From: Eledone cirrhosa
Lineage: Eukaryota
Assembly (NCBI GenBank): GCA_964016885.1
Contig: OZ024745.1
Span: forward strand, 107,818,001 to 107,882,000
Direction: 5' to 3'
DNA length: 64,000 nt
Part shown: piece after piece, positions 28,684-43,199 of the stretch
Position numbering within the stretch: position 1 is the stretch's first letter
Layout: every line of letters starts with the position of its first letter
Position numbers and translations under genes: made by a program
The notes under the pieces: generated by a model
Told to the model about the DNA's origin: nothing
Database searches by the model: none
The model's input: only the letters and a program-made list of their open reading frames with translations

Positions 28684-29231
28684 ATGTATTTATGTATGTA
28701 TGGATGGATGGATAGAAATGTAGAGGTATGGTTTGTAAGTATGTACGTATGAATGTTTGCTTATGTATATATTTGCGTTTGTTAGCTCTTTCTGTTTGCG
28801 TATATGTACTGTGGATAACTATAACGATTTCAACATTTAATTAAACCAGCTAAAGAGAGCCTGAAATACATGAAGCCCTTATTATTTTCTTTTATTTAAT
28901 TATTTATTTATTCCATTTATTCATTTATTCATTAATGTATTTATTTGTATTTATTCATTAATTAATTTATTTGTATTTATTTATTTGTATTTATATATTT
29001 TGTAAGCGGTGTCAGTCTGAATGCAAAGAAAAAGTTGCCTCTATACACGGATCAAATCGAAACATTGTGCATCCTCCGTTAGAGATCTGCCTATTGCGGT
29101 CCGTGTGTTATTAGCCACTAAAGAAGGATTGTTGACACATGTAGATACCGGTGTATAGGAAATTGTTGTGATAAAACTAGCAGAGAGAATGTCTGGGGGA
29201 GAGTGAGGGGGGCAGAGAGAGAGAGAGAGAT

Positions 29232-29267
<36 letters not shown>

Positions 29268-30093
29268 TGAGAGAGAGAGAGACATAGAGAGAGACAGATA
29301 GAGAAAGAGAGAGAAGAGCTGAGGGAGGGCGAAAGAGCAACAAAGAAAGACGATAAGGAAGTAGAAACGGAGAGAGTGAATATAAGTGCGTGTATGTGTG
29401 TGTGTGTGTGTGTACGTGTGTGCGTGCGTGTGTGTGAATGTTTGTGTGTGTATATGTGTGTAAGTGTGAGTATATGTGTGTGTGTGAGTGTGCATGTGTG
29501 TGTCTCTGTGTCTGTGTGTGTGTGTGTGCGTGTGTGTGTGAATGTGTGTGTGTGTGTAAGTGTGAGTATATGTGTGTGTGTGCGTGTGTGTGTCTCTGTG
29601 TCTGTGTGTGTGAATGAGTGTGCGTGTGTGCGTGTGTGTGTGAATGTTTGTGTGTGTGAATGTGGGTATGTGTAAGTGTGAGTATATGTGTGTATGTGAG
29701 TGTGCGTGTGTGTCTCTGTCTATGTGTGTGTGTGTTTGCGTGTGTGTGAATGTGTGTGTGTATGTGTGTGTAAGTGTGAGTGTATATGTCTGTGTGAGTA
29801 TGTGTGTTTGCGAGTGTGTATGATAGAGTGCGTATGTGAGTGAGTGGGTCATGTGTGTGTGTCAGTGTGTGAGAGAGTGTGTATGTGTATGTGTGTGAGT
29901 GTATATGTGCGTGTGCGAATATGTGTGTGTGAGTTGTTGTGTGTACGTGTGTGTGTGTGTGTGTGTGTCTGTGAGAGAGTGTGTGTGAGTGTGTGTATTT
30001 TTGCATGTGAGTGTATATGGGTGTGAGTATGTGTCTCTGAGTGTGTGTGTGTATCTGTGTATCTGTGTGTGAGTAGGTGTATGTGAGTGTGTT

Positions 30094-30141
<48 letters not shown>

Positions 30142-30455
30142 TGTGTATGTGTTTAGGTGCGTGTGTGTGTGTGAGAGAGTGTGTGGATGTGGGTGTATTA
30201 GTGTGAGAGAGAGAGTGTGTGTGTGTCTAAGTATGTGTGTGTGTGAGAGAGAGTGTGTGTATGTGGGTGTATTAGTGTGAGAGAGAGAGGGAGAGAGAGA
30301 GAGTATGTGTATGTGTCTAGGTATGTGTGTGTGTGATAGAGAGAGTGTGTGTGTATGAGGGTGTGTTTGTGTGTGAGAGAGAGAGAGAGAGAGAGTCTGT
30401 GTATGTGTGTAGGTGTGTGTGTGATAGAGAGAGTGTGTGTGTATGAGGGTGTGTT

Positions 30456-30493
<38 letters not shown>

Positions 30494-30707
30494 TCTGTGT
30501 ATGTGTGTAGGTGTGTGTGTGTGAGAGTGTGTATGTGGGTGTGTTGTCAGAAGGAAAGGTGTGGTAGATAGTAGAGATATGTAAAGATAGAGTGTTAATT
30601 AATACGAAGGTGTTTATAAATAAGTAGGGAAACATTAGAGATCAGCGTAAACAAAGAGGTGTCGGGTGAAAAGAGGTAAAACAATAACAACAGTAACGAC
30701 AACAGTT

Positions 30708-30738
<31 letters not shown>

Positions 30739-30815
30739 TAACAACCACAACAACAGTAACATCATCAACAACAACAACAACAGAATGGGTCAAATGAATA
30801 AAAATAGTAAACATG

Positions 30816-30851
<36 letters not shown>

Positions 30852-30892
30852 AGGTGTGTGTGTATATATATATATATGTCTGTGTGTGTGCG

Positions 30893-30931
<39 letters not shown>

Positions 30932-31044
30932 ATGTATATGGATGTATATGAAAGTACGTATGCGTATATATATAAATATGCATATGTATCGATATGTATT
31001 TATATATACGTCTATGCACACACACGCACACATACATAGATATA

Positions 31045-32476
31045 TTTCTTTATTAGCCACAAGGGCACACAAGAAAAGGGGACAATTTACTGGGGTGCAG
31101 TGCCTCTCTCTCCACTCTGATTCTCCTTCTAAAGTGATACTTAAAGAAGGCAATCAATTGTTGTCCGGAGAGAAAGGCATCTATCCTCAGTCCTCTCAAT
31201 ATCGTCCACCATATAACTTCTTTCACCATAGCCACCGTACAGAGGAAAACCGCCTCTCTTTCGTTTTTGAAAGAGGCTGGCGGTTTGATCCTTACTATGG
31301 ACTCGGCAGTCAACTGGATTTGTCCCATACGCGACAGCAGTTGTTCCGCGTAGTTCCACAGGTCGGTTACGCCCGGGCAGTGTACAATTGCGTTCAAGAC
31401 GGTTTCTATGTCTTGCGCGCATCTTGGACACGTCCTCTTGGAAGGGTCCCTGCCTGTAGATCTTATCTCGAACGGGTAGAGCTCCTCGGTAGCACTGCCA
31501 GGCCAGGGACCTCTGGAAGTTGTCCATAGGTCCCGAGCGGAAAGTCCTACAGGACAGACAGGTGAGCTCGTCGTCTTCGACGCCTAGAGTCTCCCCGAGC
31601 ACGTCGTCGCACTTGTAAAGTACTAACCCTCTATAGAATGTCGAAGTGGAGTCTCCACTGATTGCTGTGCCCGCTTTACAGAGGACTGTGAGCGCCTGGG
31701 AGCATTCAATGTGCCAGGCGCCCATCTTCTTCGGTCTTCGCTTGACCCTGGACTGCAGCTCCATCAGCGAGACAAGTTGTGGGAAGGCTTGTCTCACAAA
31801 CGATGCCCACACCGGTTGGTCGGTGAGGAATACCTGGAGATGCCGTAGCCTCAGCGCATGTTTGCGCATCATTAGCCACAGCATGCCCAGCCCTCCGTTA
31901 GAAGGGTGTTGTCAGCAGACGGATCTCCTCACCAGTGGAGCCTGCTTCTTCCAAAGGAACTGGAAGAGCATCCGTTCCATATTGGTGAGGTATTCACGGG
32001 GACAAGACACGACAGTCAAGCGGTAGTAGATGACGGACGCTATGAAAATGTTCGCCACCTCCACTCCACCTTTCAAGGATAGTTTGCACTCTGCCCACTT
32101 CTGGGTGAGCGTAAATACCTTGGCCAGTAAATACCTCGTTCCAGTTGTTCTCCTCCTGGAGGTCTGGACCGAACCAGACTCCGAACAATTCACCGGTCCT
32201 TCCGTCCAGCGTCCGACGACGCTGTCGGACGGCATCGGTTTGCCTCTCCACGTTCCGAGTTGTCCGGGTTCAGTTTTGCTCCTGCGAACCTTTCGTATTC
32301 CTGTAGTAGGTTGCCGATTACCTCGATTTCCGAGGTTTTCGACACCATTGCCGTCACGTCGTCGGTAGAAGCCGACGCCGCTTTTCGCAGTCCCCGTTCT
32401 AAAGGGATGCCCTGCAAAAGCTCCAACTTCCGCAGTAGTGGCTCTAGAGTCAATACGTACAGAATGGAGGACATGC
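31045..32476 (-). mobile_element. 5'-truncated, frameshifted Tx1/L1-clade ORF2 (RT C-half plus C-terminal Cys-rich region)
   Basis: Motifs LYVLTLEPLLRKL, STDDVT (YADD-like), AGAKLN, KLSLKG..VANIFIASVIYY, GGLGM and CPRC..ETVLNAIVHCP. The 3' end has AATAAA. Confidence 0.85.
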
Positions 32477-32534
<58 letters not shown>

Positions 32535-32611
32535 TGATAGATAGATAGATAGATGTTTATATCTACTTATGCGTTATGGTCCATCTGGTTCCTTACCACA
32601 ATTCCTTTGTT

Positions 32612-32753
<142 letters not shown>

Positions 32754-32814
32754 GTGTGTCACATGTGTGTTTAATACATGATTTATGTTGTTAGTGTCCT
32801 TTTTTATATATTTA

Positions 32815-33812
32815 CTAGCAGCTGAGCCCGGTTGCACCCGGGGCCACTTTTTATTAAGTTAATAATTTGAAAAATATTATTGAATGTTTATTATAAAGAA
32901 ACCGTATCAGGAAAAAAAGATAGAAATATGCACTTAGGGCTGGACGGCGTACAATGAGAAGTGGAGCGACGTGAAAAGCGTTGTTTATTAACAGCGAAAT
33001 AGCAATGTTGATGATATGCAAGTTTGAAAATGCAGATTATGAAGGTTTGTATGATAGTTTACACTTTGATTGCCCTGGTCTGCAAGAGGGGCCTCTATAT
33101 ATTAGACGTTTATTAGAAGAGGGGGAAATAACTAACCCCAGTATTAGAACAGGGGGGTTCGCAATGTAAGGGTTTATTTCTTTTGTTAGAAAACTGACCT
33201 TTTTCGGTTTGGCATTTCGTAAAATTCTACTGCAGAATCGATTTCATAAAACGGTACTGTATGATCGTTATAGAAGTATTTAAATTTAATATAGAGCAAC
33301 TGTAATCGAAAAATGAAAATGAAACGTACAGTTTATTAACAGCGAAATAACGTTGTCTTTGATATGTTATTTTAAATAAGACAATGAACGCAATTTAAGG
33401 GTTTTATTTCTTTTGATGGAAAACAGTGACCGATTTCGGTTTGGCATTTCGTAAAATGGTACTGCAGAATCGATTTCATAAAACGGTACTGTGTGTTAAC
33501 AGCGAAAGAAAGTTTTAAAATGTGTATGAAATTGTAAATAAGACAATGAATATTGAAAGCGACTACGGAAAATAACTCATCCAAGTATTAGAACAGGGGG
33601 AAATAACTCACCGGAAGCGATAGTAAATAGACCGTTTGGAGGCCCTAGCGACCACATTTTTCAAGTTAGATATTTGAAACCTCGTCTATTTGCTTCCTTG
33701 GCACTTTTTACATAGGTGTGTAAATTTTCATGTCCGTCCGACCACGTCTACTACCATTTAACCGTGCACAACTGAATTTCAACTACCACCCATTTCACAA
33801 ATATATATTAGA
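32815..33812 (-). mobile_element. Non-autonomous Helitron
   Basis: Minus strand starts TC (33812) and ends with hairpin CCCGG-GTGCAA-CCGGG then CTAG (32815). Inserted between A and T, with internal tandem duplications. Confidence 0.75.
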
Positions 33813-34088
33813 TATATTCCTTTTACTAATCTATTCTCCGTCGCAGTTTCTCCTACATAGTCTCACACTTGTATTTGTATTATTAAAGAAACATGGATCT
33901 TTATAAATATCCCATACATACGTACATACATACATACATACATACATACATACATACACACATACGTTCATACATACATTTATACAATCATACATATGTT
34001 CAAACATACAGTCACACATACATACATACATTCATACATTACACACAGTCATGAACGCATCCATATATAAATTTCTATATATATATAT

Positions 34089-34182
<94 letters not shown>

Positions 34183-34236
34183 ATATATATATATATGTAT
34201 GTATGATATGCCACCATATCATACATACATACATAC

Positions 34237-34363
<127 letters not shown>

Positions 34364-34475
34364 ATATGATATGCCACCAGTCCCACTTCGGAAGTGGGCA
34401 TATCAAGGAGCGAAATAATGGAGGTAAACTTTGTTCCACCATTATGTTTTTTTTGTATTTTCTGTTCAAGTTCTA

Positions 34476-34542
34476 GCTGTCTGATGGTCTGATGAGGTCA
34501 TAACTGTTGAATAATGGTTACCACCGAGATATATATTACAGC
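34476..34542 (+). ncRNA. Degenerate hammerhead (core duplicated, GAAA changed to GAGA)
   Basis: GCTGT CTGATG GT CTGATGA GGTCATAAC..GTTACCACC GAGA TATATA TT ACAGC. Homologous to 62387-62442. Confidence 0.5.
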
Positions 34543-34591
34543 GAATAAGAATAAAACGAAGTTAATTTTAACCTGTTAAATTACGCTTCTT

Positions 34592-34633
<42 letters not shown>

Positions 34634-34671
34634 TTAAATACATACATACATATACAGACATCCATATACAT

Positions 34672-35622
34672 AATATGAAAGACTACTGGTGGAATGTTCC
34701 AGTAAAAACCCCAATAAAATGCAGGCATAACAGACCAGATGTTATGATATGGGACAGGGAGAAGAAAGCATGCACAGTAGTGGAAATTAGCTGCCCAGCA
34801 GATGCCAATATAATATCAAAGATTAGAGAAAAGGAGAATATTTATCCAGAACTGATGAGAAATCTGCAGATACTCCACCCTGATTACACCTTCAGATTTA
34901 TGCCTGTGATTATTGGGGCACTGGGGTATGTTAGTAAACTCTCAGAACTCAGAACTCAGAAGCTCCAGCGACTTGCGACGTATGAGGCAATCATAGTGTT
35001 CCATTGCGTTCGGTCAGCAGCCAGTTGCACAGCGTCCCGCCATTGTCTGTTTGTTGCTCGCAGGTCCCTCTCAACTGTCTGGCGCCAGTTCATTTTGGGT
35101 CGCCCTCTCCGTCTGCTTCCCTGCGGGCTCCATTTAAGTACTTGGTTCGCAGTCTCTCTGGGGGAAGTCTCAAAGCGTGTCCAAACCAGCCCAGGCGTCG
35201 CTTGCAGATGGTAGAAGAGACTAGCTGCTGGTTGATGCGGTTCCTGACTTCCTGGTTTGTTACATGTTACATTAGTAAACTGCCTCAATACAAATCTTGA
35301 AGAGCTAGGCTTCATAGGAACAGAAAGAACACAACTAGTTAGGAAATTACAAGTACAATCCATTAATGGAACAGTAAAAATATGTAAAACATTCCAAAAA
35401 TGTTGCATCTAGTAACTGCATATACACATGTACAGATACAAAGCATATACACATGCACACATACAACTCAAAACATCCACATCCACACATACAATAACAT
35501 CCATATCTACACATGCATGCATGCATACATAATCTACCTAGTTGATCTTGTGTAAATTCCAATGAGAGGGTCTTGTGTCTATGTTAGAAACCCACTCTCT
35601 CTCTATTGGTAAAAATTTGAAG
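34672..35622 (+). mobile_element. 3' fragment of an R4/Dong-like RLE LINE (endonuclease domain plus 3'UTR), interrupted by an RTE
   Basis: HNRPDVMIWDREKKACTVVEISCP..K..EK..Y..L..PVIIGALG (PD..E..K RLE motif). The reading continues after the insert as LEELGF..RKLQVQSINGTVKICKTF. Confidence 0.8.
34941..35271 (-). mobile_element. RTE-clade LINE 3' end
   Basis: LKWSPQGSRRRGRPKMNWRQTVERDL..WRDAVQLAADRTQW, a (TTCTGAG)3 tail, and a 10-bp TSD TTAGTAAACT. Confidence 0.85.
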
Positions 35623-35650
35623 AACATACATATATACACACATACATACA

Positions 35651-35750
35651 TGATGGCTGCCTCCTCGTTATCGAGTATGGCCATTGCACGATATAACAAT
35701 ATTAAAAATTATCAATTAATGCGATCGTGCAATGCCTGTGCGTGAAGAAT
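35651..35750 (-). mobile_element. B2 element 3' tail
   Basis: Matches 44451-44550. Confidence 0.75.
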
Positions 35751-36738
35751 TTTTTTTTTTTTTTTTGACAAACTTGAAAATTTGCAGCCCAATACTTGCA
35801 AGAAAAATATCTGTGACTTATCCAAATATTTGCACCCGGGTTGATTTTACGAAAGGCACCCACCTTCGGCTGTCATCTTAATTCCTTCCCCGATTTAACA
35901 CTATCAGCTGGAACTTAAATGTCTTTGCGGAATTTACTTTGTAACAAGTATTTGGGTCAGATTGCCAGTTTGAGAATGTCTTCCTCTTTCCCTCCCGTCA
36001 ATCTCAGAAGCCCTGAAAAGGGTCATGGATACTGTTTTTTCTGTCCTTGACTAAACAGTAAAGAAACAGGTAGGGGTGTCAAGCCGGTTGGCATATGCAA
36101 TTTATAGCTAGAAAAGTATTGTTAAAATTAGGGATTTTCTGAAGAAAGACTGCGAACTCTTTACAACTAAGTGTACAAAATACATCCCAATATATGTTTA
36201 TACTTGATATTTGTCACTAATTTACATTCAAATTTTATTTTTATACGCCTATGGAAAAGTATATTGATGACATATAGTTACAAAGATTTGAGTCACATCA
36301 GAATAGGTTTGGTCCACACTAGTATGCAACATAAACCACTCGGGGAAAGCATTTATTTAGACAGACGGATGTCTAATATATACCAGGTGTCCCGTACATC
36401 AGGCAGCATTTAAACATCAATGTGATGCTAAATGCTGTCTTCCTTATGGGGCAAAACATGTACACACACTCACACACAGACACAGACACACACACACAGA
36501 TACACACATACACATACATTCATACATACATATATATGTGTATATACATACATATATAAATATATATATATTTATGTTGTATATATATATATCTATATCT
36601 GTGTGTGTGTATATATATTTATATATGTACGCGTGTATATATATATAGATATATATACATATATATAGATATATAAATATATATATATTCATATACATAT
36701 ATATATTTAAATACATATATATATATATTCATATACAT

Positions 36739-36793
<55 letters not shown>

Positions 36794-36966
36794 GATACAC
36801 ACATACACATAGATTCATACATACATATATATGTGTATATACATATATATATTTATATATGTATATACATATATATATTTACATATATATATATACATAC
36901 ATATATATACATATATATATATACATATATATATGTGAATATATATGTATATGAAGTATATATATT

Positions 36967-37000
<34 letters not shown>

Positions 37001-37061
37001 AATATATATATATTCATATACATATATATATTTAAATACATATATATATATATATTCATAT

Positions 37062-37133
<72 letters not shown>

Positions 37134-37334
37134 CGAGGCGAATGTGGGGGCTTCAGTCAAAAAATTTAGACTTTGAAAGACGATCTCTCTAAATAAACAG
37201 TTCTTCCAAACGCTGACCCGAACTCCTGTGTCAACAATGCGTGTTATCGTTGAATTGAAAGGCTGGCGCGAAACATCTTAACTACAACGCCACCATCAGA
37301 GAAGACGATCTCGGTGACAACGAAGACAACTGCA

Positions 37335-37585
37335 GTGACAACAACAATAACAACAACAACAACAATAACAACAACAACAATAACAACAACAACAACAACA
37401 AAAACCACAACTACATCATCAACGACAACAACGACGACGACGACAACAACAACAACACCAATAATGATAATAATAATAATAATAATAATAACAACAACAA
37501 CAACAATAACAACAACAGCAAAAACCACAACTACATCATCAACAACAACAACGACGACGACGACAACAACAACAACAACAACACC

Positions 37586-37647
<62 letters not shown>

Positions 37648-37732
37648 CAACAACAACAATAACAACAACAGCAAAAACCACAACTACATCATCAACGACA
37701 ACAACGACGACGACGACAACAACAACAACACC

Positions 37733-37770
<38 letters not shown>

Positions 37771-37815
37771 CAACAACAACAACAGTTATAACTGTAACAA
37801 TAACAAGAATAATGA
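37335..37815. repeat. Compound (ACA)n/(ACG)n/(ATA)n trinucleotide array with three higher-order units
   Basis: AAAAACCACAACTACATCATCAAC occurs three times. Confidence 0.9.
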
Positions 37816-39334
37816 CAATACCATCATTAGAGAAGGTGGCTGGAGCGGTGATTGATAAACCAAAAGAGTAGGAATTATTGAAAAAACAGTTGTTTAGACA
37901 TTAGAATTTGATCCCGCGGAGAAGCTTTCGTGTAAGATTCAATGTGGTATCCATAACATAGCCAGAGTAAACAACTTGCTCACAAATTTTGCCTTGTTAA
38001 AAAAAAAATGTATTTGTTTAGTGTTTGTTTTTGCATTTGTTTTGTTTGTTTGGTCTTTTTGTTTTGTTTATTTATTCGTTTGTTTGCTTGTTTTTTGTTT
38101 TTTTTTGTTTTTTGTTTTTTTTTTCCTTTTCATGTTCTAACTAAAGAATTCTGTGAAGAAAACAACAATCAAACAGTTTCTGTTGATTCACAGAGTCGAC
38201 CTCGTTTCAAAATATCTTTGACACTTATTCGATTCTTACAATATTCTATGAAAACAACAAAATAACTGAAAATTCTATTTCTAGAACTCAAAATATATAA
38301 ATTAAACTAATCATTTATGTCTGCATAAATTAAATTAATATATTTTATTGTTTTTGTTGCTGTTGTTGTTTTCCTCCTCACTCACACCACCCACCTTACT
38401 TTATCTATACACGTTTATAGATCAGTCTCCCTGTATGTGAATAGATGAGCCTATCTTAATATTGTGGTCGCTCATCTATGTCATCTGCTTAAGGATATTT
38501 CGATATTCAAGGGTAGAAATCCGAGATAGAAAATCTAAGGAAATCTGCTACCTGCTTTGTTCTCAATGCAGTTGAAACACTTAACAATAACGGCCCTGCA
38601 GTTACATTGGATTAATGTAATTGATGTCAGGATAAGCAACATCGAAAATACCTTTACATACTAACCTATCTTAGTTTTAAAGGAGTTAATGGGCTTTAGG
38701 CAAGGCTCGAAATTTGGTCAATTTACTTGTAGTGATTTAGTTTAGCTTTTAGCACTTTAATATGGTCAGAAAGCTTCGATATGTGATTAACATAACATGT
38801 ACATAAATTGTAGCGATATCCAATTACATGTGTGCTTTGGTAGTTTGGGGAGTAACTGCCAAAATACACACTACTGCAAGGGACTCTCTTCCAATCCCCC
38901 TCCATATATAAATTAACACCAAACTATCCCCCATCCCTGTACATCTACTACACGGGACTCTCTTCCAGTCCCCCTCTCTGTATCAATAAACACCAAACTC
39001 TCTCTCACTCTATTCATGACCACCAACCTCTCCCCTTCTCTATATCAAGTAACACCAAAGTCTCCCCCTTCTCTATATTTACTATACGGAACTCTCTTCC
39101 AATACCTCTCTCTATATCAATTAACACCAAACTCTCCCCCTCTCTATATCTACTGCACGGAACTCTCTTCCAATCCCCCTCTCTATATCAATAAACATCA
39201 ATCTCTCCCCTTCTCTTTATCTATATCTATCTCTCCCATCTCTCTATACATAACATGTACATAATTGTAACGCATATACATATAGATGTGTGTTTTGGTA
39301 GGTTGGGTAGAAAAATATAATTACTGGGTGGGGG

Positions 39335-39940
39335 GTCACCCCCCCCCCCCCCCCCCGAGTACAACCTGTCGCATGGTTGGGTCGTCTGCGACTAAACCGG
39401 CAACCCCACTAAGTTTACTTGGTGAGGAGGGTGATTTTGGACACCCTGCAGGACAAAAACCAAACCTGACAAAGGGCAGAAGAGCTCATAAGAGTCAACG
39501 GCCAACCAAAAGTGTGTAAATAAGTATATACACATGTACATATGTATGTATATGTATATGTGTATATACATGGGTGCATGTGTATGTATATGCGCGGGGA
39601 CATAGAAAAAGTCGGGCTAGACACCCGATCGCGCGGTTAAACCACTGGGAGTGAAGGGCCCCTAGCCTTTGTCGGGGCATTCTTCTAGGAGAAGGCAACT
39701 CAGGAAACTGGGATAATTCCGATATAAAATCTGCGGCTCAGTAGTTACCGATGATGTTGATCTTTTCTTCTTTTCGGGTTATAGCTAGTATCGCTCAGAG
39801 AGTGGGATTGGCTCAGTGCACAGTCTTTCCTCACTTTAAAAAATATTCTTTACGCACAGGCATTGCAGGATAGAATTAATTAATAATTATTAACATTGGT
39901 ATATCGTGCAATGGCCATACTCGATAACGAGGGAGCAGCC

Positions 39941-39942
<2 letters not shown>
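39335..39942 (+). mobile_element. Near full-length B2 RTE-derived non-autonomous element
   Basis: 5' block shared with B1 and 3' block shared with the copies at 16818 and 44451. Confidence 0.8.
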
Positions 39943-40015
<73 letters not shown>

Positions 40016-40567
40016 AGATAAATTAAATGCACACACGCTCACATGTGTTATCCCCTGTCTGTAAGCATTGCAAATCTCATCAACTTTTACGAGACAATAC
40101 GACTTTCGATTATCATATTTTACAAATAACCTACAATTAATATTGTTTTATATATATATAAGACTCAACATAGCAAAATACATCTCATTTTATTTGTTAT
40201 AAGTTTTTGTGGCAAAACTGTAAGAGCCATAATTGTTTTTAATTAAATTCTAGAGTTAGCAATATATAAGTACGCTGTTATCTTTTTTCCATCTAAATTG
40301 AAGCCATATGTTTTAAGTGCTTTTTTAATTGAATTCTATAATAATAAATAAAGCTTTTATTATTAATGCACTGGGTAATTGCTGGCCTTGTGCCTAAAGT
40401 AGAAACAATTATTATTTATTAGTCTAAATGGAAAATATTTTGTAGAATAATTTTTTTTAAACAATCTGATTGACTAACTTTCGATTAAACATTTTGAGTA
40501 TATCATTCTTTATTATATCTTAGGACTTGTCTATTGTATCTTTGGCGTTATTAAATTAACTAAATTA

Positions 40568-40892
40568 GGCCGGTGGGTTGGCAGAATTGTTAGGGCTATG
40601 AACAAAATGCTTTTGTGACATTTTTTCTGCTTTTTACGTTCCGAGTTCAAATCTCGCCAAGGTTAACTTTGCTTTTCATCTTCATGGCGTTGATATAATA
40701 AATTACTCGATAAATACTGGGGTGAATACTGGCGACTTCCCCTCTCACCTAGTTGCTGGTCTTGTGTCAAAATTAAAAACCATTAATCATTTGAGGTTAA
40801 CTTTGCCTTTCATCCTTACGGGGTCGATAAAATAAAGTACCAGTAATACACTTGGATATTGCTGGCCTTGTGTCAAAAGTAGAAACTACTAT
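40568..40892 (+). mobile_element. Older long-form SINE A followed directly by a young 5'-truncated SINE A
   Basis: Two consecutive cores at about 40660-40790 and 40793-40892. Confidence 0.7.
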
Positions 40893-41189
40893 TAATTCAG
40901 AAAATTGAATCATTTTGCTCTCATATATACGAATTTAACGACGTTTGATCGAGGGAGTGTTTTACTGAATTGAGATCTGGTGGACAGGTTGACTAGCTTG
41001 ATAGCTTCAAACTATTTCATTTACTATTTCGTTGATTCTTTCTCTTATTGTTGCTATATTAAGGTTTCGAATCAACTGCAATATCCATAAAACAAACTTA
41101 CAATTTACTGTTTCACACCAGACGCTACCCATTCACTATTCTTTCTACTTCAAGACTTTCTATTTAATTTAAATATTTATCTGTGATTA

Positions 41190-41367
41190 GGCAGCGAATT
41201 GCCAGAGTCGTTATAACGTCGGTTAGAATGCTTTATGGTATTCGTCCCGGCTTTCTGCCCTCTGAGTTCAAATCCGAGTCAAATTCATCAAATTCATTTC
41301 GAGGTCGATAAAAAAAGTAGCAGTCCAGTACTGGGGTGGATTCTTCCCCTATATCTCTTTCTCGTTT

Positions 41368-41464
<97 letters not shown>

Positions 41465-41610
41465 TTCTATCCTTCTCTGGAAGAAATCTGCTGTACTCAG
41501 ACCTGGAGAGCGATGGGCTCCACCAGGCTTAAAATAACCAAGAAACGCCGTATGTCATTACAGGGCCCCTACGACTCTATCAGGAGTTACAGCACCATAC
41601 ATACATACCA
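41190..41610 (+). mobile_element. Composite SINE with expanded (CT)n linker
   Basis: tRNA-like head with GAGTTCAAATCC, A-type core, (CT)n, and a tail shared with 21080-21215. Confidence 0.65.
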
Positions 41611-42302
41611 TTTCAATAGCATGATATGTACCCGGCTTGTTGAAGTAAAGACTTTTGTTTGACTGTTTGTTTTAGTCAAAGAAAGTGCCGAAACATCTGC
41701 CAGTCTGTATATCTGTTTTTATTTTTAATGAAAGATTATTCTGTTTCTCAATTTATATCCTCTAACTCATTTTAAACGCCATGTTCAGATTGATTTCTGC
41801 CTTTCAAAACCATGACCACACTGTCTTTTCTTTCGACCATTACGTATCTATTACTACATTATCTAATACGTCGTGCTCCATTTAAGAGGGTAGGATGTAA
41901 TTTAAATGGGAAATGACTAATAGTTCGAGCAAGCCGAGAGATCAAGTAGAGTCTTCATTGCTCGCTGTATATAACGTAGTTTTGTCACGCGAAGTATGAA
42001 TATATTTACAAGTATTTTGTCAATGCCTATGAATAAATAAATGTACTAGTATATAGCTTATCAGTAATTAGGGAAGATAAATTCATCATAAAGGCTAAAT
42101 GTAATGAATTTTTATGTCAGAATGTCAACACACCTACACCTCTGTCTTACATTGAAAATAAATAATTACTTTCTCACTCTAACCATAACTCACAATCCCA
42201 GTCCTGCTAAAAAAAAGAGAATTCATCAAAATATAGGGCAGTTGGAGAAGAAGTTGAATTTTTGTTTGCTTGGTAGGGATGAAACCATTATATATATATT
42301 GT

Positions 42303-42500
42303 TGACATTGCACTCAGTGCTCCTGTGGGAGCCCCTACATGGGCACACTGGAAGAGGAAGGCCAAGGTTAACGTATGTTGATGCCCTAAGGACACTGGTC
42401 TGTTGGAGACGCAGGACATGGCAGCGATAATGAGGGACAGAGACCGCTGGAGAGAACTCGTCCATGGATCTCGGGAATTTTACCCGCCCTAGAATAGAAT
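42303..42500 (+). mobile_element. RTE/RTE-X LINE 3' end
   Basis: VLLWEPLHGHTGRGRPRLTYVDAL, then after a frameshift MAAIMRDRDRWRELV. Ends in an AGAAT repeat. Confidence 0.8.
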
Positions 42501-42573
42501 ATAATATATATATGAGTGTGTGTGTGCGTGTGTGTGTGTGTGCGTGCACGCGTGTGTGTGTGTGTGCGTGCAC

Positions 42574-42635
<62 letters not shown>

Positions 42636-42637
42636 TG

Positions 42638-43060
42638 AGAAAAGCAGGCCCTTTAGAAGGGCTGTGCACGAAAGAGGCCATAGTCTACGAGGGAACAGTG
42701 AAATCGTCAAAACCTGACGGCACCACCAATCTAGACCTGTCTGCGAAACAAACATCGCCAGCCGCTACTGGAACTCCTACTTCCTATGATCATACGCCCC
42801 CCCCCCCCCCCCATAATCAAGATGTATCCAGGCGTGTATGATACGACAGAAGATTTACGCAGCAGAATCAACAAAGCAACAACATCCATGATTTTATAAA
42901 CTGCATAACAGGCAGCATGGATTTAATATCCTTATACCCATCCATCTAAGTTGATGTTGCAGGGGATAAATGGGTGGAGATGATCAGCGAGAGCTACGTG
43001 GAGTTTCGAGGATTTGTCTCTGAGGAAGTGCGCCTTCTCCTTCTTATACTTACCTGTGAC
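42638..43060 (+). pseudogene. Penelope-like element coding remnants (GIY-YIG-like and RT motif A-like)
   Basis: GPLEGLCTKEAIVYEGTV (compare CPL.G.C....IVY.A.V) at about 42645-42700, and GSMDLISLYPSI (compare S.DV.SLYPSI) at 42911-42946. Confidence 0.55.
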
Positions 43061-43199
43061 AGAGAATATCTATGATGAATGAATGAATGCAACGTTAGCT
43101 CTTTCTGTCCCAGTAAACTAGTAAGATGTAGACCTTCTGCCATCACCTAGATGGCCAAAAATCCGGCGATGGAATGATGAAAGGGTAGATCAGAACCAT

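Noticed and set aside
37314-37871. Mucin-like poly-Thr/poly-Ile ORF
   Set aside because: Trinucleotide repeat array with no supporting coding context.
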